Of a stretch of DNA of 64,000 nt, positions 53,315 through 63,583 are shown piece by piece. Below the pieces are notes generated by a model, which was not told the origin of the DNA, searched no databases, and saw only the letters and a program-made list of their open reading frames with translations. The first letter of the stretch is position 1. Every line of letters begins with the position of its first letter. Made by a program: the position numbers and the translations under genes. The stretch comes from an uncultured Christensenella sp. (lineage in GTDB: Bacteria > Bacillota > Clostridia > Christensenellales > UBA1242), in the NCBI GenBank assembly GCA_949300385.1, contig CASGDZ010000003.1, forward strand, positions 17,316-81,315, read 5' to 3'.

Positions 53315-53930
53315 ATTGATTGAACCCGTTTGAATTATCATTAAGATAATTGTATAGGTTTGTAAAATCTGCACTTAGAGTATAGTATTTAGTATAATTT
53401 TCACCATAATAAATTACTTCCGAACTTCCTGTAGAAGAATTTTCTTCATAATAAGGTCGAATATAGACTTTAAAATCTGCTTCTCCGTCTGTATTGCTAA
53501 TTGAAAAAACTAATTCCTTATAATAATACACTTTACCATGACTATCTAAATAATTATCATTACCATATTTTAATGCCTGTGGAGTAAAATATCTATAAGT
53601 TACATAGAAAGTTCCTGAAGATTTAGGAACAGTATTTGTACCAGTTGTATAATTTCGTACTGTAGTTATCTCCGCTTTACTAAATAAATTTCCAGCGAAC
53701 AATGCCTCAAGGGAATTTCCTTTACTAGCATTATTAATCATGTTAAATATTTCTTCACTCTGACTATCAGTTGCAGATATTTGTGAATTTGAACCATATT
53801 GCACATAGATTGCATCTGGTTTAGCACAACTTATACTATAATTTACATTAATATTTGCCATAATGATTGTTGCTAAAATCAATACACCAATGATTGATAC
53901 GCTAACAATCGCACCTATTTTTTTTGCCAT
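53313..53930 (-). CDS. hypothetical membrane-anchored 205-aa protein
   Basis: N-terminal TM helix (IGAIVSVSIIGVLILATIIM) and an AGGAGAAATT Shine-Dalgarno. No motif was recognised. Confidence 0.5.
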   Translation of the reverse strand: MAKKIGAIVSVSIIGVLILATIIMANINVNYSISCAKPDAIYVQYGSNSQISATDSQSEEIFNMINNASKGNSLEALFAGNLFSKAEITTVRNYTTGTNTVPKSSGTFYVTYRYFTPQALKYGNDNYLDSHGKVYYYKELVFSISNTDGEADFKVYIRPYYEENSSTGSSEVIYYGENYTKYYTLSADFTNLYNYLNDNSNGFNQ

Positions 53931-53993
53931 AATTTCTCCTAATTGTTATATAGTTAGCATACACATTTTTTTTATTTTAATCAAGTATTTTAA

Positions 53994-56210
53994 CTATTTT
54001 TTATCTTCGTCATCACTATTAGCGTCAGCATTTTCCTTTTTCTCTGCGTTTGGTTGAAAATTATTTTTGTTTTCATTAGACTTAGTTTCGTCCGCTTTAA
54101 CATTGCTACGCTTTGATATCTCCGCTTCCGCTTCGCTTTTAATTTTCTCGTAATCAGACTTTGTGATAACTCCCGCCTTTGCTAAAGCCTCTGCAGTTGC
54201 TAATCTGGATTTAATATCTCGATTAAAATGTTCTGCCTCTGCTTGCTTTTTAGCGCGTTCTTGATATTCTCGTTTTTCTTTTTCTTTCTTATCAATTGCT
54301 ATTTCCACTTCTTCCACGCTTGCGCCATTGAATAGCATTTCAAATTCTTCTTTATAAATAGTCTCTTTATCCAAAAGGATATTTGCAACTTTTTCTATAA
54401 CATCTCGTTTTTCAGTAAGAATTTTAGTAGCAACTTGATGAGCATTATCAACAATTGATTTAACTTCTTCATCAATTTTTGAAGCCAATTCTTGACCATA
54501 AGGAACTTGACGCTGATAATCTCTTCCTACAAAGATTTGATCGCCTTCGCCAAAACTAATAAGCCCAATACTATCAGACATACCCCATTCAGCCACCATT
54601 TTACGAGCCAATTTTGTAGCGCGCTCAATATCGTTAGACGCGCCCGTTGTGATATCGTCCAACATAATTTCCTCAGCAGTACGACCGCCAAGCATCATAG
54701 CCAAACTATCTAATAATTTTTGTTTAGGCATATGCGATCTATCATTTTCGTCAAAGGTTAATGTATAACCACCCGCCATACCGCGCGGAATAATAGATAT
54801 CTCTTGTACATTATCGCAATTTGGCAAAGTCTGCGCCACAATTGCATGCCCAGCCTCATGAATTGCTGTAATACGCCTATCTTGTTCAGTTATCACACGC
54901 GACAATTTCTTCGGTCCCATAAGGGCTTTATTTATACCTTCTTGAATGTCAACCATTGTAATTTTAAATCTTCCATCTCGCGCGGTAAGTAATGCTGCTT
55001 CATTTAATATATTTTCGATATCTGCACCTGCGAGTCCACTTGTAAGTCGCGCTATGCGCTTAAAATCAACATCTTCACTCATAGGTTTGTTACGCGCATG
55101 AACTTTAATAATCTCTTCCCTGCCTTTAACATCAGGAAGATGAACATATATTTGTCTATCAAATCTACCTGGTCTAGTCAACGCTGGATCAAGAACATCT
55201 GCTCTGTTAGTTGCTGCAAGGACGATTATTCCGCTATTTTGTTCAAATCCGTCCATTTCGACTAATAATTGGTTAAGAGTTTGCTCGCGTTCATCATTAC
55301 CGCCACCAAGACCTGCTCCTCTTTGTCTACCAACCGCATCTATTTCATCGATAAACACTATACATGGTGCATTTGCTTTTGCACTATCGAACAAATCGCG
55401 CACACGACTAGCGCCGACACCGACATACAATTCCACGAAATCACTACCCGAAATACTGAAGAACGGTACTTTGCTCTCGCCTGCGACCGCCTTTGCAAGC
55501 AATGTTTTACCTGTTCCTGGCGGGCCTACTAACAATACGCCCTTTGGTATACGCGCACCAAGTTCAGTAAATTTTGAAGGATTTTTTAAAAATTCAACAA
55601 TCTCTTTTAACTCTTGTTTTTCTTCGTCCGCACCAGCGACATCGCTAAATTTTACATTTGAAGAAATAACAAGTTTTGCTTTTGATTTGCCAAAGCCAAA
55701 TCCTTTATTATTGCCCGACATGGCTTTAAACAAGAATATGCCTATAACAACTACGACAATTACACTAACATATGGTAGTGCTGTAGATATCCATGACTCA
55801 GATTCAAACGAGTAAGTTGCATTGATTAAAACTGCACCTTCCTCTAAAACCTTGTTATTATTATCATCTAATATATAATTTCCGTCATTATCTCGTTTGT
55901 AAAGACTATCATTATATTCGTCAATAAAAGCGGTAAGTTCATTTACGCTCATGAACGAACAATATGCGTCCACTTTATTAGGGAAATTTTTTTCATCAAC
56001 ACCATCGATTAATCGAACGCGAATCGTATAACCATATACATCAATCTCAGCCACTTGATTTGTCTCGACTAGATTCTGGAATTCAGTATAACTTATTTCT
56101 TTCCCATTATTGTTTCTTCCAACAACCCAATATATTAACAACACTATAATAACGAGTGTAAGAATATAAAATATTGCTGATTTCCACGGATTATTTTTTT
56201 TCTTTTCCAT
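53994..56210 (-). CDS. ftsH: ATP-dependent zinc metalloprotease FtsH
   Basis: Walker A GPPGTGKT, Walker [13 protein letters not shown] region, HEAGHA zinc site and two N-terminal TM helices. It has an unusually long K/E-rich C-terminal tail. Confidence 0.95.
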   Translation of the reverse strand: MEKKKNNPWKSAIFYILTLVIIVLLIYWVVGRNNNGKEISYTEFQNLVETNQVAEIDVYGYTIRVRLIDGVDEKNFPNKVDAYCSFMSVNELTAFIDEYNDSLYKRDNDGNYILDDNNNKVLEEGAVLINATYSFESESWISTALPYVSVIVVVVIGIFLFKAMSGNNKGFGFGKSKAKLVISSNVKFSDVAGADEEKQELKEIVEFLKNPSKFTELGARIPKGVLLVGPPGTGKTLLAKAVAGESKVPFFSISGSDFVELYVGVGASRVRDLFDSAKANAPCIVFIDEIDAVGRQRGAGLGGGNDEREQTLNQLLVEMDGFEQNSGIIVLAATNRADVLDPALTRPGRFDRQIYVHLPDVKGREEIIKVHARNKPMSEDVDFKRIARLTSGLAGADIENILNEAALLTARDGRFKITMVDIQEGINKALMGPKKLSRVITEQDRRITAIHEAGHAIVAQTLPNCDNVQEISIIPRGMAGGYTLTFDENDRSHMPKQKLLDSLAMMLGGRTAEEIMLDDITTGASNDIERATKLARKMVAEWGMSDSIGLISFGEGDQIFVGRDYQRQVPYGQELASKIDEEVKSIVDNAHQVATKILTEKRDVIEKVANILLDKETIYKEEFEMLFNGASVEEVEIAIDKKEKEKREYQERAKKQAEAEHFNRDIKSRLATAEALAKAGVITKSDYEKIKSEAEAEISKRSNVKADETKSNENKNNFQPNAEKKENADANSDDEDKK

Positions 56211-56472
56211 TATTCACCTCAGTAATGTATATTATAACATAATAAAAAAATATTAACAAATAAAATGACTAATTTACAATTATATTTTCCTATTACAATG
56301 ATTTTATGTTTAAAAATCAATAGTCCTTTACTAATTTTACCATGAATTGTCAAATATATTAACGCGATTATTTAAAGTATATGTTTGACCTATAAAATAA
56401 CATAAACGGCATAAAAATGTTTACAAATCTATTATGTTATGCTAAAATAATCAATGTAAAAAGGGAGAAAAT

Positions 56473-57270
56473 ATGTCTACTTTTGGTCTGATTATTGATA
56501 TAATTTTAGTTATAATTGTGGCTATTTTTGCTATCATAGGTTTTAACAAGGGATTTTTTAAGTCTATCCTTTCGTTATTTAGTTGGGTTGTCTGCTTAAT
56601 CGTCGCCATTGTACTAGCAAAATATGTTGCAAACTGGATAAATGGAATATATGATTTAACTTCGCTTATAGGATCAAAAATTGAGAGCGCTTTAAGTGGC
56701 ATGGGCGATGTGTTTAACAATACTATAGCAAGTTACAATTCGGCTGACGCAACTGCGGAATCGGTTAAAACGGCTATCCTTGCTGATATTCAAAAAGTCA
56801 GCGGAATGAATGGTGTCTTGTTACAATTTATCATAATGGTGTTTAACAATACGGCATTTGACCCAACTAGTGAAGCGACCATTGGCAACATTTTAGGTAT
56901 GAGTATCGGTCATATGTGTGTAGTACTTATCGCCGGCATTTTAGTATTCATTGTATTAAAAATTGTTGTAGCATTACTTACTAAACTTTTCGATAGAATT
57001 TCGAAAGTTAAAGTTATAGGTGGTCTTAATAAGGTTTTAGGCTTAGTACTTGGCGCATTGAAAGGAGCTTGTATTGTCGTCATTATTAACATAATTGTAG
57101 TTGCACTATCATTAATCCCTGCAGTGAATAATGTTATCACTCCAGTAATTCAAGACAATACTACTGTTGAAAAATTTGTTTATAATAAGACGGACGAAAT
57201 AATAGGAACTTATGTAATTGAAGGCAATATGATTCAAAATTGGATCAGTGATCTATGGAATGCAAGATAA
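56473..57270 (+). CDS. cvpA: CvpA family membrane protein
   Basis: N-terminus IDIILVIIVAIFAIIGFNKGFFKSILSLFSWVV is typical of CvpA. Shine-Dalgarno is AAGGGAGAA. The upstream promoter is TTTACA, 17 nt, TAAAAT. Confidence 0.75.
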   Translation: MSTFGLIIDIILVIIVAIFAIIGFNKGFFKSILSLFSWVVCLIVAIVLAKYVANWINGIYDLTSLIGSKIESALSGMGDVFNNTIASYNSADATAESVKTAILADIQKVSGMNGVLLQFIIMVFNNTAFDPTSEATIGNILGMSIGHMCVVLIAGILVFIVLKIVVALLTKLFDRISKVKVIGGLNKVLGLVLGALKGACIVVIINIIVVALSLIPAVNNVITPVIQDNTTVEKFVYNKTDEIIGTYVIEGNMIQNWISDLWNAR

Positions 57271-57284
57271 TCAAAGAGGAAAAT

Positions 57285-58514
57285 ATGGGTTTATTTGAAA
57301 CATTAAAAGAAAGAAATTTATTATATCAAACAACTGATGAAGAGAAGTTAAAAAATCTTTTAGATAACAAAAAAATTACTATATATACAGGCACTGACCC
57401 AACAGCGGATAGTTTGCACATCGGTCATTGCGTACCATGTACAATTTTGCGTAGATTTCAACAGGCTGGGCATAAAGTCATAATCCTTGTTGGTGGTGCG
57501 ACTGCCGCAATCGGCGACCCATCGGGCAAGACGGATATGCGCCCTATGCTTACAAAAGAGCAATTGGATCATAATATTGAGGGTATTAAACGCGCGTTTA
57601 GTAAATTTTTAAATTTCGAAGGCGACAATCCTGCAATTATTGTTAACAATGCAGACTGGTTCAAAAATTATAGTTATGTTGATTTTATGCGCGATGTCGG
57701 TGTACATTTCAATGTGAATAAAATGATCGCCAACGAAATTTATGCAAAACGAATTGAAGAAGGCGGTTTAACTTTCTTTGAAATGGGCTATATGTTAATG
57801 CAAGCGTATGACTTCTTATATCTAAATAAGGAATATGGTTGCAAAGTTCAATGGGGTGGCGCTGACCAATGGGGGAACATCGTTGCAGGTACCGAACTTG
57901 GAAGAAAGATGAATTTCATCGATGGAAAAAATCGCACTATGATAGGTGTAACAAATCCATTATTACTTACTCCTGAGGGTAAGAAAATGGGCAAGACAGA
58001 AAAGGGCGCTATCTGGATAGAAAAAGACAAAATATCCGCTTACGATTTTTATCAAGGAATATATCAAACGCCAGACGCGTGCGTAGAAATGATGTTTGCA
58101 CTATTTACAGATGAACCTATGGATAGTGTCAGAAAAATGATAAGCGAAGATATAGTTAAAGCAAAAAAGCGTTTGTCATATGAAATAACAAAGTTTGTTC
58201 GCGGAGAGGAAGACGCAATAGAAGCTGAAAAGATGTCAAACAACTTATTTGCGAATAGTGGAATTGACAAATCAAATGCTCCTATGGTAGAAGTCGAAAT
58301 TGCGGACAATACAATCGGTCTACTTGACTTGTTGGTAAACGCTAAATTCGTACAATCAAAGGGTGAAGCAAGGCGTCTAATCGAGCAAAACGGACTATCA
58401 ATGGACGGCGAAGTCATAAAAGATAGTACTATGTCTATTAATAAAGATCATTTAAAAGATGGAATACTATTTAAAAAAGGCAAGAAAAACTATCTTTTGA
58501 TAAAAGCAAAATAA
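57285..58514 (+). CDS. tyrS: tyrosine--tRNA ligase
   Basis: HIGH motif (SLHIGH), KMSKS-type motif (KMGKT) and a C-terminal S4-like domain. The start is moved to MGLFETL, which follows a GAGGAAAAT Shine-Dalgarno. Confidence 0.9.
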   Translation: MGLFETLKERNLLYQTTDEEKLKNLLDNKKITIYTGTDPTADSLHIGHCVPCTILRRFQQAGHKVIILVGGATAAIGDPSGKTDMRPMLTKEQLDHNIEGIKRAFSKFLNFEGDNPAIIVNNADWFKNYSYVDFMRDVGVHFNVNKMIANEIYAKRIEEGGLTFFEMGYMLMQAYDFLYLNKEYGCKVQWGGADQWGNIVAGTELGRKMNFIDGKNRTMIGVTNPLLLTPEGKKMGKTEKGAIWIEKDKISAYDFYQGIYQTPDACVEMMFALFTDEPMDSVRKMISEDIVKAKKRLSYEITKFVRGEEDAIEAEKMSNNLFANSGIDKSNAPMVEVEIADNTIGLLDLLVNAKFVQSKGEARRLIEQNGLSMDGEVIKDSTMSINKDHLKDGILFKKGKKNYLLIKAK

Positions 58515-58553
58515 GAATGTTAATAAAAATCACTATCATAAATAGTGATCTAG

Positions 58554-58579
58554 ATTGAAGAGCAATCTTCAATTTTTTA
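58554..58579 (+). terminator. tyrS terminator
   Basis: ATTGAAGA-GCA-(A)TCTTCAAT followed by TTTTTT. A second hairpin lies at 58529-58549. Confidence 0.65.
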
Positions 58580-58624
58580 TTTATTAATAATTTAATATAT
58601 CTTTATTTTAGATTTTTTTTGATT

Positions 58625-59293
58625 TTAAGATATTAACTTATATTTATTTGTATTAGATAATTCATATATTTGTTCATCACTCCAAAATCCTAATCGAGTA
58701 TCAGTCATATAACGATAACTTATTTTGATAAGCTTATTATTGCTGTCAAAATCAAATATCGCAAAAACTCCATCTCCATATAATGGTATTTCATCATACG
58801 ATGCCATGCATTCATCTTGAAATACTACTGAATTGTTTCTAAAGCAAAACATTGTATCTTTACTATGTGTCGCAGCTTCTTTATTTCTTCTGCCGAAATA
58901 CAAAATTGGATTTTTTTGTTCGTCTTGTGCAATTGTTATACCACGATAATTATAATAATTAAATTTATCTTTCTTATAATAAAATGCACTATAAGGCAAA
59001 TTTTTATAAATGTTAAACTTGATATGATTTTTCTTATTAAAAAAATCTTGTAATGTTTCATTTATCCTTTCAAAATTTCCATCAATTCCTTTTTGTTTGG
59101 CACAATTTACAAATGTTAAAATCTTATTCAATTTTATGTATATATCTTCGTAATTTCCACCATTATCTTTCAAAGAATACTCAACAAATTCTGCAAGGCT
59201 ATGAAATTTTTCTTTTTTATCATTTTTACTTTTAGAGGAATTATTTTGTTCCATAATTTCGTACTTTTTATTTAAAATTCTTAATAAGCCCAT
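58625..59293 (-). CDS. hypothetical 222-aa protein
   Basis: The start is moved to MGLLRIL, which follows a GGGAGGTAAG Shine-Dalgarno. No motif was recognised. Confidence 0.5.
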   Translation of the reverse strand: MGLLRILNKKYEIMEQNNSSKSKNDKKEKFHSLAEFVEYSLKDNGGNYEDIYIKLNKILTFVNCAKQKGIDGNFERINETLQDFFNKKNHIKFNIYKNLPYSAFYYKKDKFNYYNYRGITIAQDEQKNPILYFGRRNKEAATHSKDTMFCFRNNSVVFQDECMASYDEIPLYGDGVFAIFDFDSNNKLIKISYRYMTDTRLGFWSDEQIYELSNTNKYKLIS

Positions 59294-59351
59294 CTTACCT
59301 CCCAAATTTATTTAATAAAATTTGATATTTATAATATAAAATTTTTGCATT

Positions 59352-60446
59352 TTATACATTAAACTTAAATACTATAATATCGCCGTCTTGCACTACATAA
59401 TCTTTACCCGCACTTATAACTTTTCCCTTTTCTTTGCACAAATTATAATCGCCAAGTGAGATTAAATCATCATATTTTACTACATCTGCGCGAATAAAAC
59501 CGCGCTCAAAATCGGTATGAATTTTCCCTGCTGCTTGTGGAGCGAGAGTCCCGCGTTTAATAGTCCATGCGCGTACTTCCTTTTCTCCAGCAGTAATAAA
59601 ACTAATGAGCCCTAACAAATGATAACTAGCAACAATTAATTTCTCTAATCCAGAAGCGTCAATACCCAACTCTCTTTTGAACATTTCTCTATCTTCTGGC
59701 GACATGTTTATCAACTCTTCTTCTGTCTTAGCACATAGAGAGATAACTTCTGCCCCTTCTAATTTTGCTAACTCTTTAATTTTTTCAATTCCGTCTAATT
59801 GAAATTCATCTAAAGTATCGCCTGTATTTGCAACATAGATAACGGGCTTGCTTGTTATCAAGAAAAATCCGTCTACAATCTTTTTTTCTTCCGCGTCCAT
59901 TTTTAACATGCGAGCAGGTTTACTTTCTTTTAAAAGGTCTAAAATTTTATTTAATAACTCGTATTCTTTTTGAGTAGTTAAATCTGCCGACCCACCATGG
60001 ACAATCTTTTTTATTTTGTCCAATCGTTTCGTTACGCTATCAATATCGGCTAGAATCAATTCAAGATTAATAGTGTCTATATCGCGCAAAGGGTCTACGC
60101 TGCCATCTACATGGATAATTTTATCATTTTTAAACACACGCACAACATGCACTATTGCGTCCACTTCTTTAATGTGTGATAAAAATTTGTTTCCAAGTCC
60201 AGCACCTTCGCTTGCACCTTTTACGAGTCCTGCAATATCTACGAACTCAATTTGCGCGGGTATAATTTTATTTGTGTGATATAGTTTTGCTAATTCGTTT
60301 AGTCTATTATCTGCCACATCGACAACACCAACATTTGGTTCTATTGTACAAAACGGATAATTCGCACTTTCTGCTCCCGCCTTTGTTATTGCATTAAATA
60401 GTGTACTTTTGCCTACATTTGGAAGTCCAACAACGCCTAATTTCAT
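59352..60446 (-). CDS. ychF: redox-regulated ribosome-binding ATPase YchF
   Basis: MKLGVVGLPNVGKSTLFNA P-loop, a TGS-like C-terminus (...IVFKFNV) and 364-aa length. Confidence 0.92.
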   Translation of the reverse strand: MKLGVVGLPNVGKSTLFNAITKAGAESANYPFCTIEPNVGVVDVADNRLNELAKLYHTNKIIPAQIEFVDIAGLVKGASEGAGLGNKFLSHIKEVDAIVHVVRVFKNDKIIHVDGSVDPLRDIDTINLELILADIDSVTKRLDKIKKIVHGGSADLTTQKEYELLNKILDLLKESKPARMLKMDAEEKKIVDGFFLITSKPVIYVANTGDTLDEFQLDGIEKIKELAKLEGAEVISLCAKTEEELINMSPEDREMFKRELGIDASGLEKLIVASYHLLGLISFITAGEKEVRAWTIKRGTLAPQAAGKIHTDFERGFIRADVVKYDDLISLGDYNLCKEKGKVISAGKDYVVQDGDIIVFKFNV

Positions 60447-60558
60447 AAATTCGTCCTTTCTATGAGTATATATTTATTTTAAATTGAATAGATTATTTAA
60501 GTGATAGATTAATCTTCTACATTTTGATAATTATATATAATAAAAGGGAAAATTTCAA

Positions 60559-61305
60559 GTGATTGAGATAATTAAGTATATTTTCATAGGTTTTATTCAG
60601 GGCATTACTGAATTTTTACCTATTTCTAGTAGCGGACATATAGTTTTATTTGGTTCAATGTTTAATTTGGACAACCTTTTGCTTATAAGTATAGTAGCAC
60701 ATATTGGTACACTATTTGCCGTTTTGTTTTGTTATAGAAAAAAAATATTTGAACTAATTCGCCACCCTATCGATAAAACAAATTTGCATTTAATAATAGC
60801 CACTATCCCTACAGTCATAATAGTATTGATTTTTAACAAGTTTTTAGAAGACAACTTTTCTACTAAAACTTTAATTTGGGGATTTCTTATTTCGGCGGTT
60901 GCTCTATTAATCGCAGATCTTAAAAAGACAGGAACAAAGCAAATAACAAAATCTAGTGCGCTCTACATGGGTTTAGCCCAAGGATTAGCGCTCCTTCCCG
61001 GAATATCGCGCAGTGGTTCAACCTTAGTATGCGGATTACTCGTGGGCGTAGAGAAAAAAGAAGCCTTAGACTTCTCTTTCCTAATGAGTATCTCTATAAT
61101 TATTGCTAGCGCAGTATACGAAAGCATAAAATTGTTTACTCTTCAACTCACAGTTAACTGGTTAGGAATTTTTATAGTTATGATAACATCTTTTATATTT
61201 GGTATCTTGTCTATAAAGATTATGTTAAAAATTGTTAAAACTAATAAATTATACTATTTTTCAATCTATTTAATTGTTTTAAGTTTAATTCTTTTAATTT
61301 TTTAA
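60559..61305 (+). CDS. uppP: undecaprenyl-diphosphate phosphatase
   Basis: QGITEFLPISSSGH and PGISRSGST motifs in a polytopic protein. It has a GTG start. Confidence 0.88.
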   Translation: MIEIIKYIFIGFIQGITEFLPISSSGHIVLFGSMFNLDNLLLISIVAHIGTLFAVLFCYRKKIFELIRHPIDKTNLHLIIATIPTVIIVLIFNKFLEDNFSTKTLIWGFLISAVALLIADLKKTGTKQITKSSALYMGLAQGLALLPGISRSGSTLVCGLLVGVEKKEALDFSFLMSISIIIASAVYESIKLFTLQLTVNWLGIFIVMITSFIFGILSIKIMLKIVKTNKLYYFSIYLIVLSLILLIF

Positions 61306-61393
61306 ATAACTACAAATCTAAATTTTGACATCATTATAAAATTAATGAACAATCGCACCATTTAAGCAATGTTTTGTAATATGTAATATAAAT

Positions 61394-62035
61394 TTATATT
61401 CTAACTAATGTTCCATTGTATAAATTAATGTTATAATTCTTAGTTATACCTTCATTAATTTCTGGCAATTCGCCGACAATAGTATATTCAACATCGATTG
61501 TTGTATCTTCAAAAGAAATTGCTTCATCACCATTCATTAAAGTATAATTAATATTACTAAGGATAGTTTCAAAATCAGTTATATCTTTTTCTACAACTGA
61601 GCCTTCTGAAACTGTAACGGTATACATCGGTTCTTCACTGCTATCAATTGAAATGCTAACATCATCAACATTTAATATTGCGTCACGCTTATCGATAGTC
61701 ACAGTAAGCGGATCATTTGAGATATAATCTTTATAACCTTCTAAAGAAACTTTATAATAGACATTATAAACACCTGAATCAACAAGCCCTAAATCTTTTA
61801 CAAAATTATCTTTTGTTAGAGAATATGTTACATTAATATTTTTATCCTCATAGGCAATAGTAAAAATATGAGATTCTCCGTCATAAGTGTACACGCCATC
61901 TGCCCCATTAACAACAAACAATGAATCATTAAATGTCAGGCGATTATCATCATCTTTACATGCTGAGAATACCACCATTGAGCATAAAATCAAAAGTGTA
62001 CACAATACAACTTTTAAACTTTTTATAATTTTCAT
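61394..62035 (-). CDS. hypothetical lipoprotein (beta-rich)
   Basis: Signal peptide with lipobox VVFSAC-K, the same FSAC lipobox as the giant protein. Shine-Dalgarno is AAGGCGGA. Confidence 0.6.
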   Translation of the reverse strand: MKIIKSLKVVLCTLLILCSMVVFSACKDDDNRLTFNDSLFVVNGADGVYTYDGESHIFTIAYEDKNINVTYSLTKDNFVKDLGLVDSGVYNVYYKVSLEGYKDYISNDPLTVTIDKRDAILNVDDVSISIDSSEEPMYTVTVSEGSVVEKDITDFETILSNINYTLMNGDEAISFEDTTIDVEYTIVGELPEINEGITKNYNINLYNGTLVRI

Positions 62036-62299
62036 ATATCCGCCTTTAAAATTACTAATTTAAAAATTATTATATCTATTATTTTGTAGTCTATACGATA
62101 AGTTTTATTAGTATTATAATAACAAAATTTTATTTAAATAGCAAATCATTTTATATCATAATAAATTGATTACTATTCTTAAATATTTAAGTAAAACGCT
62201 AGAACTAAACAAAAAATATGCAAAATGTATTCATATAAAAGTTATATAATCGATTAACATGTCCATTTTTTATTACAAAAAATCATTTTTTACTAAATA

Positions 62300-62331
62300 T
62301 AAAAAGTCAAAGTACCTTATACCCTGACTTC
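62300..62331 (-). terminator. terminator of the four-TM protein gene
   Basis: On the minus strand: AAGTCA...TGACTT stem (62330-62325 / 62309-62304) followed by a T-run. Confidence 0.5.
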
Positions 62332-62365
62332 CTTAATTTAAAATATGACTTAATATTATGACATT

Positions 62366-62914
62366 TCAATCTTTTTTAGTGAAAAAATTAATAAATTTTG
62401 CAAATTTTAGTGTAATTTTGTTTGAATGAACGAGCGAATATTTTTTGAATTTTGATTTTCCAAATATTGTTAGTCCCGCTATTATTGCTGAAACTAGTGA
62501 AGAAATTACTATATCCATCAACTCCCCGTTCATGGTTATTCTTGTTAGTATACTTGCTCCTCCTGCACCTGATAACACACCACAAACATCGCAAATAACA
62601 TCGCAAATAGACGCTACTTTATCCGCATTCTTATTTAGCGCCATTGCCTGTCTGCTACCTTTAACTTTACGAGAAGCCATCGCTGCGAAGTGTTCAACAT
62701 TGCTAGACGCGACTGCAAGCCCAAGAACATCAAATAAAATACTTAATGCTATAAAGACTAAAATAATGATAATAGAAATTATAATTGCTGTCTTTGAAAG
62801 TGCGATTTCGCTGACTACACTAAAAATTAAAGAAAGCGATATTGCTAAAATCAAAATTTTTATTGACCATATCCAAGGTTTTTCATTTTTCTTTCGCTCA
62901 TGTCTTTGTTTCAT
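62366..62914 (-). CDS. small four-TM membrane protein (about 20 kDa) co-oriented with and directly downstream of the large structured RNA; OapA-like or DUF21-like by architecture
   Basis: It has four hydrophobic helices with intramembrane Asp residues (LFDVLGLAV, ICDVICDVCG) and an SEIAL segment after TM1. The start is set at MKQRHERKK because the longer ORF-track N-terminus runs into the structured RNA. Confidence 0.6.
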   Translation of the reverse strand: MKQRHERKKNEKPWIWSIKILILAISLSLIFSVVSEIALSKTAIIISIIIILVFIALSILFDVLGLAVASSNVEHFAAMASRKVKGSRQAMALNKNADKVASICDVICDVCGVLSGAGGASILTRITMNGELMDIVISSLVSAIIAGLTIFGKSKFKKYSLVHSNKITLKFAKFINFFTKKD

Positions 62915-62948
62915 ATATAAAATTGCTACTACAATTGTTTTTAAATAT

Positions 62949-63493
62949 GAAGGCGACAATTTGAGTAAACCTTGCGCCTTAGGTTCGGTTGGATTTCCCA
63001 ATTTTGCACTTAATAGTTACCCACTAAGCGGTTTCCCTTTACGCAAAACTTGCACCGAATCGCCACTTAGAACACACTATAATCCCCAAAATGCCTAGCG
63101 TAAGCTAACAGCTTAGAAGTTTTCCTTAACAACATCGAAGAAATTTATCTTAGTTTTGCAAATAATATTTCAAAAGTATTCTGATATAAGATATATTTTA
63201 CTTTATCCCAAATTATTCACTCAAAGCAGGCTACACTGCATATAACTTTCACCACATGCAGGTTTATACCCTAAAAGATAGAGTAATGAAAAATAATTAT
63301 CTATCTACCTATTTAGGTCTCCGCGAAAATTGGGGTTAGCATATATGCCATTATATACGCCCCAAAAATCTTAACTCCCAGCACTAGCCCCAATTTGGGC
63401 AACCAAAGCCAGCACCACGAACTTCATAGTTGTGCCAACAATGCTTATTTCAGCATCTTCATATCTCTTAGTTGACTAGAATACTGCGCCTTC
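62949..63493 (-). ncRNA. candidate large (about 545 nt) structured RNA or leader, possibly OLE-class
   Basis: The region has no plausible ORF and is visibly more G/C-rich than its surroundings. A 7-bp closing helix pairs GAAGGCG (63493-63487) with CGCCUUC (62955-62949). It contains many local hairpins. A promoter lies immediately upstream, and no terminator lies before the downstream membrane protein gene. Confidence 0.5.
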
Positions 63494-63498
63494 AAAAT

Positions 63499-63528
63499 AT
63501 TATATTAAAGACAGAAAAAGATTGTTAA
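63499..63528 (-). promoter_or_regulatory. promoter of the structured RNA / membrane protein transcript
   Basis: On the minus strand: TTAACA (63528-63523), 18 nt, TATAAT (63504-63499). The closing-helix G at 63493 follows 5 nt later. Confidence 0.45.
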
Positions 63529-63583
63529 ATCTAATCACATTACTATTAATAATAAAAATTTAATATTAATAATTTGATATATT

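Noticed and set aside
57255-57284. I looked for a T-box leader upstream of tyrS.
   Set aside because: tyrS starts 14 nt after cvpA ends, so there is no room for a roughly 200-nt T-box. The ORF-track start at 57255 overlaps cvpA and lacks a Shine-Dalgarno, so the MGLFETL start at 57285 is preferred.
62915-63098. The ORF-track extension of 62366-63001 (MGNPTEPKAQG...) and the antisense ORF 62445-63098 both cover the GC-richer region.
   Set aside because: Both run through the hairpin-rich segment and have no Shine-Dalgarno. Their peptides look like translated structured RNA (low complexity, not hydrophobic or conserved-looking). The membrane protein has a sensible start at 62914.
62949-63493. 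I asked whether the large non-coding element could be RNase P RNA, tmRNA or an M-box riboswitch.
   Set aside because: There is no GAGGAAAGTCC-type CR-I box, so it is not RNase P. There is no tRNA-like T arm/ACCA 3' end and no GGGG...TTCGAC 5' end, so it is not tmRNA. M-box core strings such as GCTGCCC and GTTAGGTGAGGC are absent, and the element is about three times the length of an M-box. Only a covariance-model search can settle its class.
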